A stretch of 64,000 bases of DNA, taken from assembly GCA_020184695.1 (NCBI GenBank), contig JAANOX010000116.1:1-64000 (forward strand), given 5' to 3'. Below, piece after piece: positions 32,573 to 43,719 of this stretch; within the stretch, counting starts at the first letter, position 1, and the number at the start of each line of letters is the position of its first letter. The translations under genes and the position numbers were made by a program. The notes under the pieces were generated by a model. The model made no database searches and had not been told where the DNA came from. It saw only the letters and a list, made by a program, of their open reading frames with translations. Source of the DNA: Histomonas meleagridis 2922-C6/04-290x (taxonomy: Eukaryota; Protista; Parabasalia).

Positions 32573-32881
32573 ATGGAGAACGAAACAACGAACCTTAGAA
32601 GCAGTATGCTTGAATCTAGTAAAAGCGATGGTGACATCGGCGAAGATAGTGAACCTCCACTTGATATATCCCAAAAATTGTTTTATGGATGCTTTAAATA
32701 TCATCCATCAAAGTACTTAGCAAAGTATAAACGGCAACCAGTGGGAGTTACTAGAAGGGACTTTAATTGGGACTTAGGTGAATCAAAAGCTGTCCAAATT
32801 AAAAGCGAATCATTCCCAGAAGTTGGCCCACTTGATGCTTTCCACAGAAGCAACCACCTATGTGAAATTGATGTTTTTTGA
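32573..32881 (+). CDS. Short hypothetical ORF
   Basis: 102 aa with ATG and coding-like composition; no motif recognised. Confidence 0.35.
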   Translation: MENETTNLRSSMLESSKSDGDIGEDSEPPLDISQKLFYGCFKYHPSKYLAKYKRQPVGVTRRDFNWDLGESKAVQIKSESFPEVGPLDAFHRSNHLCEIDVF

Positions 32882-33265
32882 ATATTAACCATGTAATTAT
32901 TAAAAAATAAATTCATAATATAAATTTGAAGAGGAATTCTTTCCGATCGCAAATTGTGATCCCATTTGGAATTCCATCAACCAAACTCATGAGTTCGGTT
33001 TAAAGCACGTTTTATCTTCTGTGTTTCCAAAAAAAAATTTTATATACATAACTTTAATATCAATCAATGATTAGTCATTTACTTTCTTGAGGAGTTACAA
33101 AACGACACAAATTCTTGCTGAATTAAATAAAAACTTATGATTTTTGCTAGCAAAATAAAACAATTAAGAATAAAGAGATAAAAGTTACTTTGGGCTTCAT
33201 CTTGTGTCAGATATATTGTCATTGAAAACTGAATGACAAATTAATTGGTGCTCTTAAGGTAACAA

Positions 33266-35020
33266 ATGGAATCCCAAACTCTTCCTGATTATCAATGTAA
33301 ACCAAAAACAAGATTGGAAATCCCTATTTCATTGCAAAACCCAAATAGCCATCCAGGAGCGCCAATGATTCCATGTGTTTTTAAGCAAGAAAATCCTGAT
33401 GAACTGCGGGAACAAAATGAACTAATTTATGATCCAATGGATCCAAATGTGTGTAAGAGTGATATAAAGTTCTCTGGTAATTTTGAATGTGGAAACCTTG
33501 GTAAAGTCTATCAAATTGGAGATAACAAGTATGAAATTCATATACTACCAGATCCTAATGATCAGCAAAGTGCACAATGGTTTTTTTTCAAAGTTGAATC
33601 ACTTAAGCCAGGTGTTTATTACTTTATTATTGTTGGTTTTTATCGTCAATGCAATTTACATTTCAAAGGATCACAAGCTTGCGCTTATTCTCAATTTAAA
33701 TCTAAACGAGGAATAGGGTGGCATCGTATTGGTGAAGAAATGAATTACTTTCGATGGAAAACAGGCAAATTTCCAGAATGGGCATGGAGCTTCAAATTTA
33801 CTGTTGAGCAACCAGACACCATGTACTTTGCCCACAGTTATCCATACACATATACAGACATGCTTAACTGCGTTGGTAAGCTTCAGCCACTTTGCAAATC
33901 ATCGACATTATGCCAATCAGTTGGCGGCTTAAAAGTTCCCGTTGTTTTCTGGGATGCTGACCAAGAGAGTTGTGTTGATGTTGCTCCGTATCTTGAGGAA
34001 GGTAAGCAACTCACACATGAAGCTCCACCAATTCGCGAGGAAAATATTGAAGAATTTTCACAGACAATTATTGATAAACTCAAACAGTGGGGTCGAAATG
34101 ACCTTAATGATGGCGTAAAATCAGATAAGAAGCCAGTTATTGTGATAGCAGCACGTACGCACCCTGGAGAAACGAATTCGTCATTTGCAATCGAAGGTTT
34201 GATGCAAACGGTTTTTGCGAATAACGAATTCGGTGTAAAGCTCAGAAAAAGTTACTCGTGGTTAATAATACCTATGATTAATCCAGATGGTGTAATATGT
34301 GGGTTTTATAGGCCATCTCTTTCTGGTGATGATATTAATAGAGTTTGGCAAAAGCCAGATCCATTATCACATCCAATTGCTCATAATGTTCTTAACTTAT
34401 TAACAGTTCTTCGACGTACAAGACCTATTCCATTCTTTTTAGATTTCCATGGCCATACCGGCGTATGCAATAGCTTTGTTTATGGATTTATGAATGATAA
34501 TAATCCCGCGATTTATAAAGCTGAAAGAATCTTCCCATTGCTTATGACAAAACACACGAATTTGTTTTCGAATGAAATGTGTTCATATCTTAAGCAGGAA
34601 GCATATGAGGGAACAATGAGAGTTGTGTTGAGAAGGAAGTTTTTGATTTTGTTCGCTTATACACTTGAAATGAGCTTTGGCGGTTCAGACTTTGGTCCAA
34701 GACATGATACACAGTTCACGCCGCATGACTTTAGGGAAATTGGCGTTGCAACTGCTCATGCATTGGATGAAATGTTTTCAGAGCCAACAACACTCGCGTC
34801 AAGGGAAGTGTTTGAGTTGTTGAAATTCCCCGAAAATGTGAAAAATGACTTAAGTAGTAAAACAAATACGAAAATTGAAATTGAGGGAACTGTTATGGAA
34901 GGAAAACGCGAATTTTTCAGGTTCAACATAGACGACATAAGCACAAGTCCACCTAAAAAAGAAATGACATTAAAGTTAAAGCAACTTGTTTATGACAAAA
35001 ATTATATAAATGTGTTGTAA
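33266..35020 (+). CDS. Cytosolic carboxypeptidase (M14D, AGBL/CCP tubulin deglutamylase family)
   Basis: FSGNFECGNL, QWFFF, YFAHSYPYTYTD, ARTHPGETNSS, IPMINPDGVICG.YR..LSGDDINRVW, DFHGH, YTLEMSFGG. Confidence 0.93.
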   Translation: MESQTLPDYQCKPKTRLEIPISLQNPNSHPGAPMIPCVFKQENPDELREQNELIYDPMDPNVCKSDIKFSGNFECGNLGKVYQIGDNKYEIHILPDPNDQQSAQWFFFKVESLKPGVYYFIIVGFYRQCNLHFKGSQACAYSQFKSKRGIGWHRIGEEMNYFRWKTGKFPEWAWSFKFTVEQPDTMYFAHSYPYTYTDMLNCVGKLQPLCKSSTLCQSVGGLKVPVVFWDADQESCVDVAPYLEEGKQLTHEAPPIREENIEEFSQTIIDKLKQWGRNDLNDGVKSDKKPVIVIAARTHPGETNSSFAIEGLMQTVFANNEFGVKLRKSYSWLIIPMINPDGVICGFYRPSLSGDDINRVWQKPDPLSHPIAHNVLNLLTVLRRTRPIPFFLDFHGHTGVCNSFVYGFMNDNNPAIYKAERIFPLLMTKHTNLFSNEMCSYLKQEAYEGTMRVVLRRKFLILFAYTLEMSFGGSDFGPRHDTQFTPHDFREIGVATAHALDEMFSEPTTLASREVFELLKFPENVKNDLSSKTNTKIEIEGTVMEGKREFFRFNIDDISTSPPKKEMTLKLKQLVYDKNYINVL

Positions 35021-35202
35021 TAAACTTTTATATATTATCCGAAACTTTATTAAAAAAAATATTTTTGTAATTTATAAATCGTTGTGATGACTTACAACAA
35101 AGTTGAAAAAAGAAATATCAATATAATAAAAAGGAAATATCAAAAGTTGTAAAAAAAGTATGAAATAGAACAAACATTTATTATAAATATATCTATAGGT
35201 TT

Positions 35203-36171
35203 TCATTTCTTAGGCAATGAATGATCTTTTAGTTTCTGTATCTTAGCGATCCATTCGAATTCTTTCTTGCTGATTTCACTTCTCTTTGCTTGAATCTTTT
35301 GCTTCATTTCATCTTCCTCTTTTTTGTATAGTTTCTGTAGTATTTTTAATTCTTTTTGCTTCTTATTAATCGCGTTAATTATTTCTGTGTTTTGGTTGAT
35401 GTGATTCTGAACTTTTACATTTTCATCGCCTTTAACTTGAGAATTCTCAAGAAGAAGTTGATCAATCCTTTGAAGGAGTTCATCTGCTGTTTCATCTGGT
35501 ACGTAATCAGGAAATGGAAGATTTTCCTTTGCGTATTTGAAATATCGAGAAAATTTTTGTTCAAGTATTACTGATGTTGAATGTACTTTTTCGATTTTCC
35601 TTTGTAACTTAACAAGTGTCTTTTCCATTTCCTTAACTTGTGTTTGAAGATCCATTGCATCGATTTCGACTGAATCAATATTTGGTTCATCAAAAATTTT
35701 TAATAATTCTTGATCTTCCTCACTAAATGTAATTGGCTTGTTAAATGATAATTGAGAAATTCGAATTTCATTCTGTAGTTTTGTAATATTTGATTCAGAA
35801 TTTCTAATTTCATTTTCAAGATATAAAAGTATATCATCTGATGAACGAAAATCAGTAGGCGCACTCATTTCTTGACTTTCTTCTTGGATAGCATCTGAAA
35901 TTTCAAAGTCAATATTTATACTAATTTTTTCTTCGATTTCTTTTATATGACTATTGATCTCTTGAATTAGTTTTTTGTTTGTTGCTTGGAGTTTTTCTAA
36001 TTGTTCTTCCTTTAAATAAATGTCTTTTTTGATTTTGAAAATAGCTTCTTCACTATTTTTAAATTTATTCGAAGCCACGGTTATTTGATTAATTTTTTGT
36101 TGAATTTGCCTTATTTCTTCTTTTTTATTTCTTATTTTTTGCTGAATTGATTTGAATTCATTCTCATACAT
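35203..36171 (-). CDS. Coiled-coil protein
   Basis: 322-aa E/K/Q-rich heptad ORF. Confidence 0.7.
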   Translation of the reverse strand: MYENEFKSIQQKIRNKKEEIRQIQQKINQITVASNKFKNSEEAIFKIKKDIYLKEEQLEKLQATNKKLIQEINSHIKEIEEKISINIDFEISDAIQEESQEMSAPTDFRSSDDILLYLENEIRNSESNITKLQNEIRISQLSFNKPITFSEEDQELLKIFDEPNIDSVEIDAMDLQTQVKEMEKTLVKLQRKIEKVHSTSVILEQKFSRYFKYAKENLPFPDYVPDETADELLQRIDQLLLENSQVKGDENVKVQNHINQNTEIINAINKKQKELKILQKLYKKEEDEMKQKIQAKRSEISKKEFEWIAKIQKLKDHSLPKK

Positions 36172-36195
36172 TATTTCACATCACATTTCACCTCA

Positions 36196-37389
36196 ATGGA
36201 AAAAGATCATTTAACATGGTTTCATAGACCACCTAAATATGTAAACAGAGCAGTTGCACCCGGAAATCGTCATTTATCACGAATATATACAAAACCAAAA
36301 GCGGCAGTTAGATTACCTGATTTTTATCCAGAAGGTCAATTAAAAATCGCACGCAATTATTATGGCGCTCACCCACAGCTACTCATGACACTCATTGGTG
36401 TTAAAGAAGTATTCAATAAACAACTTCCAAATATGGGTTCCTCATATATTACCAGACTTGTTTTCGACTTTCAAGCCGAATCAGTCATAATTCTACACAA
36501 AGGAATTCCCACAGCTGCCATTTCCTCACGTCTTTTTCCAGAACAAGGTTTTATTGAAATAGTATTTCTTGCTGTTGATATGTCCTATCAATTATGTGGC
36601 TATGGTAGACTCATTATGAACTTCCAAAAGAATGTTAATCTTGCACGCGGAATGACAGACATATTAACATGTGCCGACAATGATGCAGTTGGGTATTTCA
36701 AGAAACAAGGTTTCAATTCAAAAGACATCAGAATGAATCCTGACCGATGGGTTGGCTACATCAAAGATTATGATGGAGTCACACTTGTTCATTGTCGACT
36801 TCATCCTGAAATTGATTATATCAATTATCAGGATCATGTCCTTTCGGTTCAAATGCGAGAACTCGAGAAAAGAACCGGATTTCGAGTCTCGAAGCCCATC
36901 CCCGAATTTGCCAAGGAGACTCCAACTCTTCCTGATGGAGTTGTGCATCAATCATTGCCTCTGCCGGTTATTTTTAACCGCTGCATTCCAAAAGTGACAA
37001 GCAATGGGGTGACCCGTCTTCTTACTAACTATAATGAACACATGGAGACGATTAGAAACAAATTAAGAAAAATATTAAAGGCATTGAAAGCAGATCGTTA
37101 TAACTCTGAGATATTCCTAAGGCCAGTAACAGAAGAAATTGCACCTGACTATTTTGAAACTATTGCATCGCCAATGGATTTGTTTTCTATTGAGAATAGA
37201 TTGAATAAGTTTTATGATTATTATAAAAGACCTGAGATATTTGCAACAGATATGACGTTGATGTGCCAAAATGCTAAAAAATATAATGGACCGGAATCGC
37301 CGTTCTATACTAACGCAGTTGACATATTTCGGAAGTTCAAGAGACTCTATCACGAAGAGTTTCCGAATGCGATACTTCCAAGTACATAG
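36196..37389 (+). CDS. GCN5: GCN5 histone acetyltransferase with C-terminal bromodomain
   Basis: EIVFLAV..Q.CGYGR, TCADNDAVGYFKKQGF, WVGYIKDYDGVTL; bromodomain FLRPVTEEIAPDYFETIASPMDL...NAKKYN. Confidence 0.95.
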   Translation: MEKDHLTWFHRPPKYVNRAVAPGNRHLSRIYTKPKAAVRLPDFYPEGQLKIARNYYGAHPQLLMTLIGVKEVFNKQLPNMGSSYITRLVFDFQAESVIILHKGIPTAAISSRLFPEQGFIEIVFLAVDMSYQLCGYGRLIMNFQKNVNLARGMTDILTCADNDAVGYFKKQGFNSKDIRMNPDRWVGYIKDYDGVTLVHCRLHPEIDYINYQDHVLSVQMRELEKRTGFRVSKPIPEFAKETPTLPDGVVHQSLPLPVIFNRCIPKVTSNGVTRLLTNYNEHMETIRNKLRKILKALKADRYNSEIFLRPVTEEIAPDYFETIASPMDLFSIENRLNKFYDYYKRPEIFATDMTLMCQNAKKYNGPESPFYTNAVDIFRKFKRLYHEEFPNAILPST

Positions 37390-37973
37390 GAAATATATGT
37401 GTGTTACATTTTATTATGTAGATTTATAAATAATACAATTTCGATTAGTTTTGTCTTGTTGGTTTTATTTGGTGTATAAAATTCGAAGAAATATGTAAAG
37501 AACGAAAGTAATAACAATTTTAAAAATGAAAATTTTAATTATTTCCTCAATTTTTACATAAATAAAATAGGTGTTTGATGAAAATCTTTTGACTATGTTC
37601 CTCCCAAATTTATGTTTTTATTTCATAGAATTTTATTTATGAGTTCACTCTAAATGTAGGTTCATGTATTTAATATTATTTTTAACAATGCAAAAAATGA
37701 ATATTTTAATATGTTAGAACAAATTATTTGAAACAAAAAATCTTCAAGTTACTTCTAAAAAAATGTAAAGACAATATAAAAAAATATTAAATTTACATCC
37801 ATAAACTTAATGTTATTTTAAAAACTTAATAATAGAAGAAAATTTGATCTTTTTCTTCTCTTTTATAAAAAAAATTTTACACATATAAATTAACAAAACA
37901 TTAAAAAAAAATTCAAAATTTGTATATAAATTTTAACTTTATTCCACAATCTGTACATTACATCTTTAAAAAA

Positions 37974-39005
37974 TCATTTCTTTATCTTATTTTGTGTTCC
38001 AGCATTTTCGCAAGCAGTTTTAAGATCGGAAATAAATTTCATGTTCGGTATAAATATCAGCAGCGCGTCCATGAAGTCAAGTATAGCGCCCGGCTTCAAA
38101 ATGCACGAGCATCCGCAAGGAATTAGTTTGCCATTAACCCTAAACTGACGATTACCAATATTCTCCAAGTAGAAGTTGAAGTCGTCCATAAATGACAGCA
38201 GCGCTTGATTTCTTGACACGTGTGTACATGATGTCAAACCTGCGCTGGTCAAATCGACATCAACGTCAAAGTCAGCTGTACCTCTACCAATCATTACAGA
38301 TTCACGGCACATACGATATTCGAAATTTTCGCCTCGAAGAATTGCTAAACAATCTTTCATCGATGATGAAAAAATTTGAAGATTGGATTCTAACATGTTA
38401 ATTTCTGCATCAACTTTCTCCTTTTCGTATTCAATATTGACATTGTTTGGAATACATCTGTTGTGCCCATAAAATGATGCATTTTTTGTGTTAACGGTCG
38501 ACAGGTGGAATTTGTATTCATTTGTGACTTTTTGTACATACTCATTCAAAAATTCAGAGGGGTCTAAGTTTCTGATTTCATTCAATCTGTCGATGATCGA
38601 CTTCATGCTTCTGCACGGCTTGAACACGAAGCCAAATTTATTCATAAAGTCGGGAAATGATATCTCATTTTCATTACGAATGTATGTAAGAAGTGCAAAA
38701 TCTTCATCTTGTGTAAAAGGGACTGTTGGAATATTATCTGGCTCAAATAAAATTTCTGGAGGTGTGTGTAGATATTGGAGCCAAAACGACCTAAGCTCTC
38801 CCTTGGAATATTTGTAAAGTGGACTCATTGATACTTGTAAATAATCAAAAGGTACACTCATTGCAGATATAATCAATGATTTTTTGGATTCATTGTCAAA
38901 ATTTATGGGGATAATAATTTCTGGAGGGGCCAAAGGGGGAACAAATGGCCTTGATGTGTTTTCTTGAGTTTCTTCTGTGGGAGCTGTCGTTTCTTCTTCA
39001 GCCAT
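37974..39005 (-). CDS. FHA-domain protein (MCRS1/microspherule-like)
   Basis: C-terminal FHA: VMIGRG..DVDVDL...HVSRNQA...FYLENIGNRQFRVNG. ATG taken at 39005 (MAEEETT). Confidence 0.75.
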   Translation of the reverse strand: MAEEETTAPTEETQENTSRPFVPPLAPPEIIIPINFDNESKKSLIISAMSVPFDYLQVSMSPLYKYSKGELRSFWLQYLHTPPEILFEPDNIPTVPFTQDEDFALLTYIRNENEISFPDFMNKFGFVFKPCRSMKSIIDRLNEIRNLDPSEFLNEYVQKVTNEYKFHLSTVNTKNASFYGHNRCIPNNVNIEYEKEKVDAEINMLESNLQIFSSSMKDCLAILRGENFEYRMCRESVMIGRGTADFDVDVDLTSAGLTSCTHVSRNQALLSFMDDFNFYLENIGNRQFRVNGKLIPCGCSCILKPGAILDFMDALLIFIPNMKFISDLKTACENAGTQNKIKK

Positions 39006-39269
39006 TTTTGTCAGGTAATTCAGAGACTTTGTTTCAAAAAACGAGAAATAAATAAACGTTTCAAATGAAAAAAATTCCTCATTAAGTATCAATCCTTTGA
39101 CAAAGTGTAAAAGGCGTATGGTCATAATTCGTCAAATGAATAAATTCATAATTTTGATGAAATGTACTATTTAACTAATGTCCAAAAATTTTCAAAAAGA
39201 AGTGCTTAACCCCAAATGAATAAAAAGAATTACTTATTATCCTTTATTAACACAAAAAATTCGAGTTAT

Positions 39270-40124
39270 TCATTGGTTTTTCCTATACATTTCGTGCTTG
39301 ATGTTGTAAACCGTCGTTACAACACACAAAATTGAAAGAAAAGATGCCAACGTTGTAAATGTTATAAAAACAGGACGTTTCGACCAGTCTGGAGCCTTCC
39401 TACAGTTTATAGCTGGAAGCAAAGGATAGCTGTAGTTTGATTTTGGATTTTTGTTTTCCATTTTTGTTTGGAATTTGAGTATGAAGCTATCTGATTTGGA
39501 AACATCGTTTGTTGTCAACTGAATGATTGGAGGAGCAATAGCAGAACCTAAAATTCTTTGGTATGTGAAGGATCCTATTTGCATGAAAACATTGGAACCA
39601 TGTTCATAAATTGTGAGTGATGAAGATTTCGTTTCTAGAAATGCATTAATTTCTTGACTTGCTGGTGTGATAAAAACAAAACACTTGTCTTGATGCGCTT
39701 CAAGCCTTTGAAAACCTTGACCATTTGGACTCATTTCAATGTATTCTGTTGAATTGGATGAAATATAAATTCCATTAGTACATATTCCCAATGTTGGAAT
39801 TAACGAAAAATTTAACACCATTTCAACACGGGATTTTATTGTTATTTCTGCAAAAGGATGTTGATAAAAATGCATGAGTTGAATTGAAGAACCAGTAAAT
39901 TCTTTTTTATGGACAATGCTTTTATTTGTGGAAGCATGCCGATACTCTGTAAGTGTGATATCTTCTGTTGGACTATAAAACGCGATATAGAATGGATAAA
40001 TAGTCGAATTAATACAAATTTCCTGACCTGTATTAATATTTTTTTGATAGTGAAGAGCATCATCAGTAACATTAATAGAAATATCACATATGTTTAAACA
40101 AAATCCAAAAAAAATACTTAACAT
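39270..40124 (-). CDS. Type I membrane protein of unknown function
   Basis: Signal-like N-terminus, Cys-containing ectodomain, C-terminal TM segment. Confidence 0.7.
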   Translation of the reverse strand: MLSIFFGFCLNICDISINVTDDALHYQKNINTGQEICINSTIYPFYIAFYSPTEDITLTEYRHASTNKSIVHKKEFTGSSIQLMHFYQHPFAEITIKSRVEMVLNFSLIPTLGICTNGIYISSNSTEYIEMSPNGQGFQRLEAHQDKCFVFITPASQEINAFLETKSSSLTIYEHGSNVFMQIGSFTYQRILGSAIAPPIIQLTTNDVSKSDSFILKFQTKMENKNPKSNYSYPLLPAINCRKAPDWSKRPVFITFTTLASFLSILCVVTTVYNIKHEMYRKNQ

Positions 40125-40273
40125 AAAAAAGATGAATAATTTCGCTATATAAACGGTCGAATCTCATGAACGCGACCGTTAATCGTTCAAAAAATTCAGT
40201 AGGAAATAATCGTTAATTTTTATAAAATTTGTCAAACAAAAACTCTTCTTCAAAATGCCACTTTTTATTAAAC

Positions 40274-41410
40274 ATGAGTGAGCAGCAAAGACTTATCACA
40301 AAGTATATTTCAAAATTAAATAATATTATGCTCGCTTGTTACTCCTTCCATTTTCTTGATACTCAACACGATGAAGCAGCTCAAGTAATGTTACGAGAAA
40401 GTTTGAGCAATCTTTCAACTCAGTGTTCAAATGAAGCAATAAAAAAAGCAATTTCTGCTACCATACTGACAAAATCAAGAGTACCATTCGGAAAACGTGC
40501 TAAAACAGTAGACCAAAGTTTGAAATCTAATGAACCAAGGGAAGCAGTCAAAAAGACAAAATTGGATGAACTAAGAACTAGTTTTCTTTCTCTTTATGTT
40601 GAAGATGCACTTAAATTTTACAAAGAATATCGAGAAGAAAATCGAAAAAATCAAGACAAAATCGATAAATGTTACCGAATCAGAGCTACATGTCACTTAG
40701 CGCTTGGTAACTATACTCAAGCTCTTTCACTAGCGCAAAAAGGGAATATTTTTGACATTGCTTTTATATCTTCAATTGTCGAACAACAATATGATGTTGC
40801 GGAAAAGATGATACCTCTTGCTATCAGAACCATCAACTCTGTTACAAAAGTACCTGATTCATCAGTATCAATGTATGAATTAATCATATTAACAACAGTT
40901 GTTGTGCTTGCCACCAGTACCACTGGCAAAGCCGAGAATCAACTTGCAAATTTATTTACAGCCACAAACTATGAGTTTCCATTACTTGTCAAATTAAGGG
41001 ATGCTTTTATCGATCGTAAATTTAAAGATTTTTTACGGCTTTTAAAGCAACTCCGTCCTATTCTTGAGGTATCTCTTTACACAGCCCATGTTGTTAAACC
41101 GATCATTAATGCGATCAAATTAAATGCGATTTTTAATTGCGTCCAAGTTTTTGCCGAGATCACATTTAATGAGATTTTTGATCAAACAGGTGTCAAACAA
41201 AGCAAAATTTTGGGTTTTCTTTTGACATTAATTCGCAGTGGAAAATTAAACGGAAAAATTGATATGGTCCAACAAAAGTTTATTGGAGGAATTTGTGATC
41301 TTCAATATAAAGAGAATGTCAACTTTCTAGATAGGGTCACCACTGTTAAGGACAATTATTTATTGAATCAATTTATTCAAGAGTATAACAAAACTAAAAA
41401 ACCAAAATAA
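40274..41410 (+). CDS. PCI-domain protein (CSN1/Rpn7-like)
   Basis: Helical repeats and a C-terminal winged helix (LIRSGKLNGKIDMVQQ). ATG taken at 40274. Confidence 0.7.
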   Translation: MSEQQRLITKYISKLNNIMLACYSFHFLDTQHDEAAQVMLRESLSNLSTQCSNEAIKKAISATILTKSRVPFGKRAKTVDQSLKSNEPREAVKKTKLDELRTSFLSLYVEDALKFYKEYREENRKNQDKIDKCYRIRATCHLALGNYTQALSLAQKGNIFDIAFISSIVEQQYDVAEKMIPLAIRTINSVTKVPDSSVSMYELIILTTVVVLATSTTGKAENQLANLFTATNYEFPLLVKLRDAFIDRKFKDFLRLLKQLRPILEVSLYTAHVVKPIINAIKLNAIFNCVQVFAEITFNEIFDQTGVKQSKILGFLLTLIRSGKLNGKIDMVQQKFIGGICDLQYKENVNFLDRVTTVKDNYLLNQFIQEYNKTKKPK

Positions 41411-41528
41411 GTAAAAAAAAAAACGTTTATTTTTTGAGATAACTTTTTTATAAAAGTGTCAAGTTTTTGTCAAAAATTGAAAGTATCGTCATAATTCGAA
41501 CAGACACTGTCAAAACCACATAAACAAA

Positions 41529-43430
41529 ATGTCAGGCAAAGTCTCTCTATCAAGATCCTATAATCCGATTAAGCAACAGCTTAACACCCGCAAGAATGGA
41601 AGCGTAGTCGACTCATCTGTCCTCACAACGAAGAAAGAAACAGATCCTAAACTTCAAAAGGCACCACTTCCTATTTCTCACGAATTTGATCTCCTTTGCG
41701 CTCAACATCGTAGTGAAGAGAATGTCGATCGTTCAGATTGGCTTCAAAGGGTTCTTGATAAGCATCAAAACATTCGTGAGCTTCGAGAATGTGTTAACCC
41801 TGTTGTCCGTGCAGCAACATTTGCACGTCTTTATCTTCCATCAACACGTTTAATCTCACATGAAATGCTTCTTGCCCTTATTTCTCAACATTTCCGAACA
41901 TTAGGTCTATCTGAAGCACAAGCTTCACTTCACTCAGAATGGGGATCAGATTTCAACATACCACCACATAAGCTTTATTCACAATTAGCACTTCTTATTC
42001 AACGTGGAGTTCATCGAGCCGAAAGATTTTGGGAACTTTCAATGCCATCAGTTCATGCATGTGCCACTGAGAAACTTACCCAACAAGCACTTGATGAAGA
42101 AATCTCCAGGACGATTGGAGCTGCTCCTAACATCAATGAAGATGATCAATCCTTATTAAATGAGACACCTGGCGATCCCAACTTCATTAAATATGATGAG
42201 AATGGCGAACCAGTTGAAGCCAGTCTTAACCAAATCATCTATTATGTCACCACGAATCTTGTCAAGAAAGATGAAGGTTCATCAGAGACCAGCAAATACA
42301 ACAACACATCCATGTCTGAGCTCACCAGTGCGTTATGCTTAACCATTTCCTCCTATGCCTCAGCCAAAGTCTTTTTCAAGAAGATCCGCGATCGATTTGA
42401 AATGTTATTAGCAGATGACACACAAAAGACGAATCAATTGTTATGTGTTAAGCTATTTAAAGAATGGATCCATGGTGCGATTAATGATATTGAGCCACAA
42501 GTCTTAGATGCGGCAATGCAATTTACAGAAGAACATTTAATGTCACGTTTCCCATCATATTGCCGAAACATCTTTGAAGGACGTTCAGATAACACCACAC
42601 AGCGCCAAAAAGACTTTGAAAGCAAAGCGAAGCCCGTTGAGTTAGGTAATTGCACAGGCATTTGGACTGGTGATTTTACATTATTTGATTTACCAGTTAA
42701 AGAATTAGCGCGACAACTTACAGTGTGGAGCTCAAACAAATACTATGCGATCAAGCGATGCGAACTTTTAGATTGCGCATGGGATAAACCACGTCTTAAG
42801 TATCGAGCGCCTAATGTCATTGCGTTAACTGAACATTATAATCGTTTCTCACGTTGGATCGAATATTCGATATTATCAGAGAAGAAGTTACAAGATCGAA
42901 TATATCGTATGGAATGGTTCATCTCATTAGCGCAAGAGTTATTTGACTTGAATAACTTTTATGATGCGATGTGTGTTCTTTCAAGTTTCGAAGCAAATTC
43001 TATTTATCGATTAAGAGAACATCGAAAGTTATTATCACCACAATCACAAGAAAGATTACAAGACTTACAAACAAAGATGGATATCAATGGTAACTTCGTA
43101 TCGCTAAGAAACCTTTATAACAAATGTTTGACATCTTCTACACCCGCATTACCTTACATCGGAGTATTGTTGTCCGACTTGTTTAAGTATTACGAAGGTA
43201 CACAGGAATACGTCAATAAGCTAATTAACATTAGGAAGTTTAAGGGAGTGTACAAAATGATAGCAAAGATAGAAGAGTTCATGAGAGATAAGTATTGCAT
43301 ATACGCAATCGATCAGGTCCAGGCAGAGATAGATAAGTTCGAGGAGCAGGACGAGGACGTATTGTACGAAATGTCAAACGACGTCGAAAAGGAAGGCGCC
43401 AAAGGAAAAGAAGACCTTAAGGATGAATAA
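41529..43430 (+). CDS. RasGEF (CDC25 domain) with N-terminal LisH-like motif
   Basis: ELARQLT, ELLDCAW, APNVIALTEHYNRFSRW, LNNFYDAMCVLS, PALPYIGVLLSDL, INIRKF. Confidence 0.92.
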   Translation: MSGKVSLSRSYNPIKQQLNTRKNGSVVDSSVLTTKKETDPKLQKAPLPISHEFDLLCAQHRSEENVDRSDWLQRVLDKHQNIRELRECVNPVVRAATFARLYLPSTRLISHEMLLALISQHFRTLGLSEAQASLHSEWGSDFNIPPHKLYSQLALLIQRGVHRAERFWELSMPSVHACATEKLTQQALDEEISRTIGAAPNINEDDQSLLNETPGDPNFIKYDENGEPVEASLNQIIYYVTTNLVKKDEGSSETSKYNNTSMSELTSALCLTISSYASAKVFFKKIRDRFEMLLADDTQKTNQLLCVKLFKEWIHGAINDIEPQVLDAAMQFTEEHLMSRFPSYCRNIFEGRSDNTTQRQKDFESKAKPVELGNCTGIWTGDFTLFDLPVKELARQLTVWSSNKYYAIKRCELLDCAWDKPRLKYRAPNVIALTEHYNRFSRWIEYSILSEKKLQDRIYRMEWFISLAQELFDLNNFYDAMCVLSSFEANSIYRLREHRKLLSPQSQERLQDLQTKMDINGNFVSLRNLYNKCLTSSTPALPYIGVLLSDLFKYYEGTQEYVNKLINIRKFKGVYKMIAKIEEFMRDKYCIYAIDQVQAEIDKFEEQDEDVLYEMSNDVEKEGAKGKEDLKDE

Positions 43431-43477
43431 AAGTCGTAATGCCATTTGCAGTTTATACAAACTTTGGACGTTTTGGT

Positions 43478-43625
43478 AATGGAATTAATGTGTTGAGTAT
43501 TATGAATAGGAATAAATGGAATTAATGTGTTGAGTATTATGAATAGGAATGAATGGAATTAATGTGTTGAGTATTATGAATAGGAATGAATGGAATTAAT
43601 GTGTTGAGTATTATGAATAGGAATA
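43478..43625. repeat. 37-nt tandem minisatellite, 4 copies (aatggaattaatgtgttgagtattatgaataggaatR)
   Basis: Copies start at 43478, 43515, 43552 and 43589 and differ only at the last base. Confidence 0.95.
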
Positions 43626-43719
43626 AGTTGAATGAATTATTAATGACGATATCTGCGTTTAACTTTTGTTTGGAATTTATTACTGTTCGATTCTTCATCA
43701 ATATCATCGACTCAGGCAC

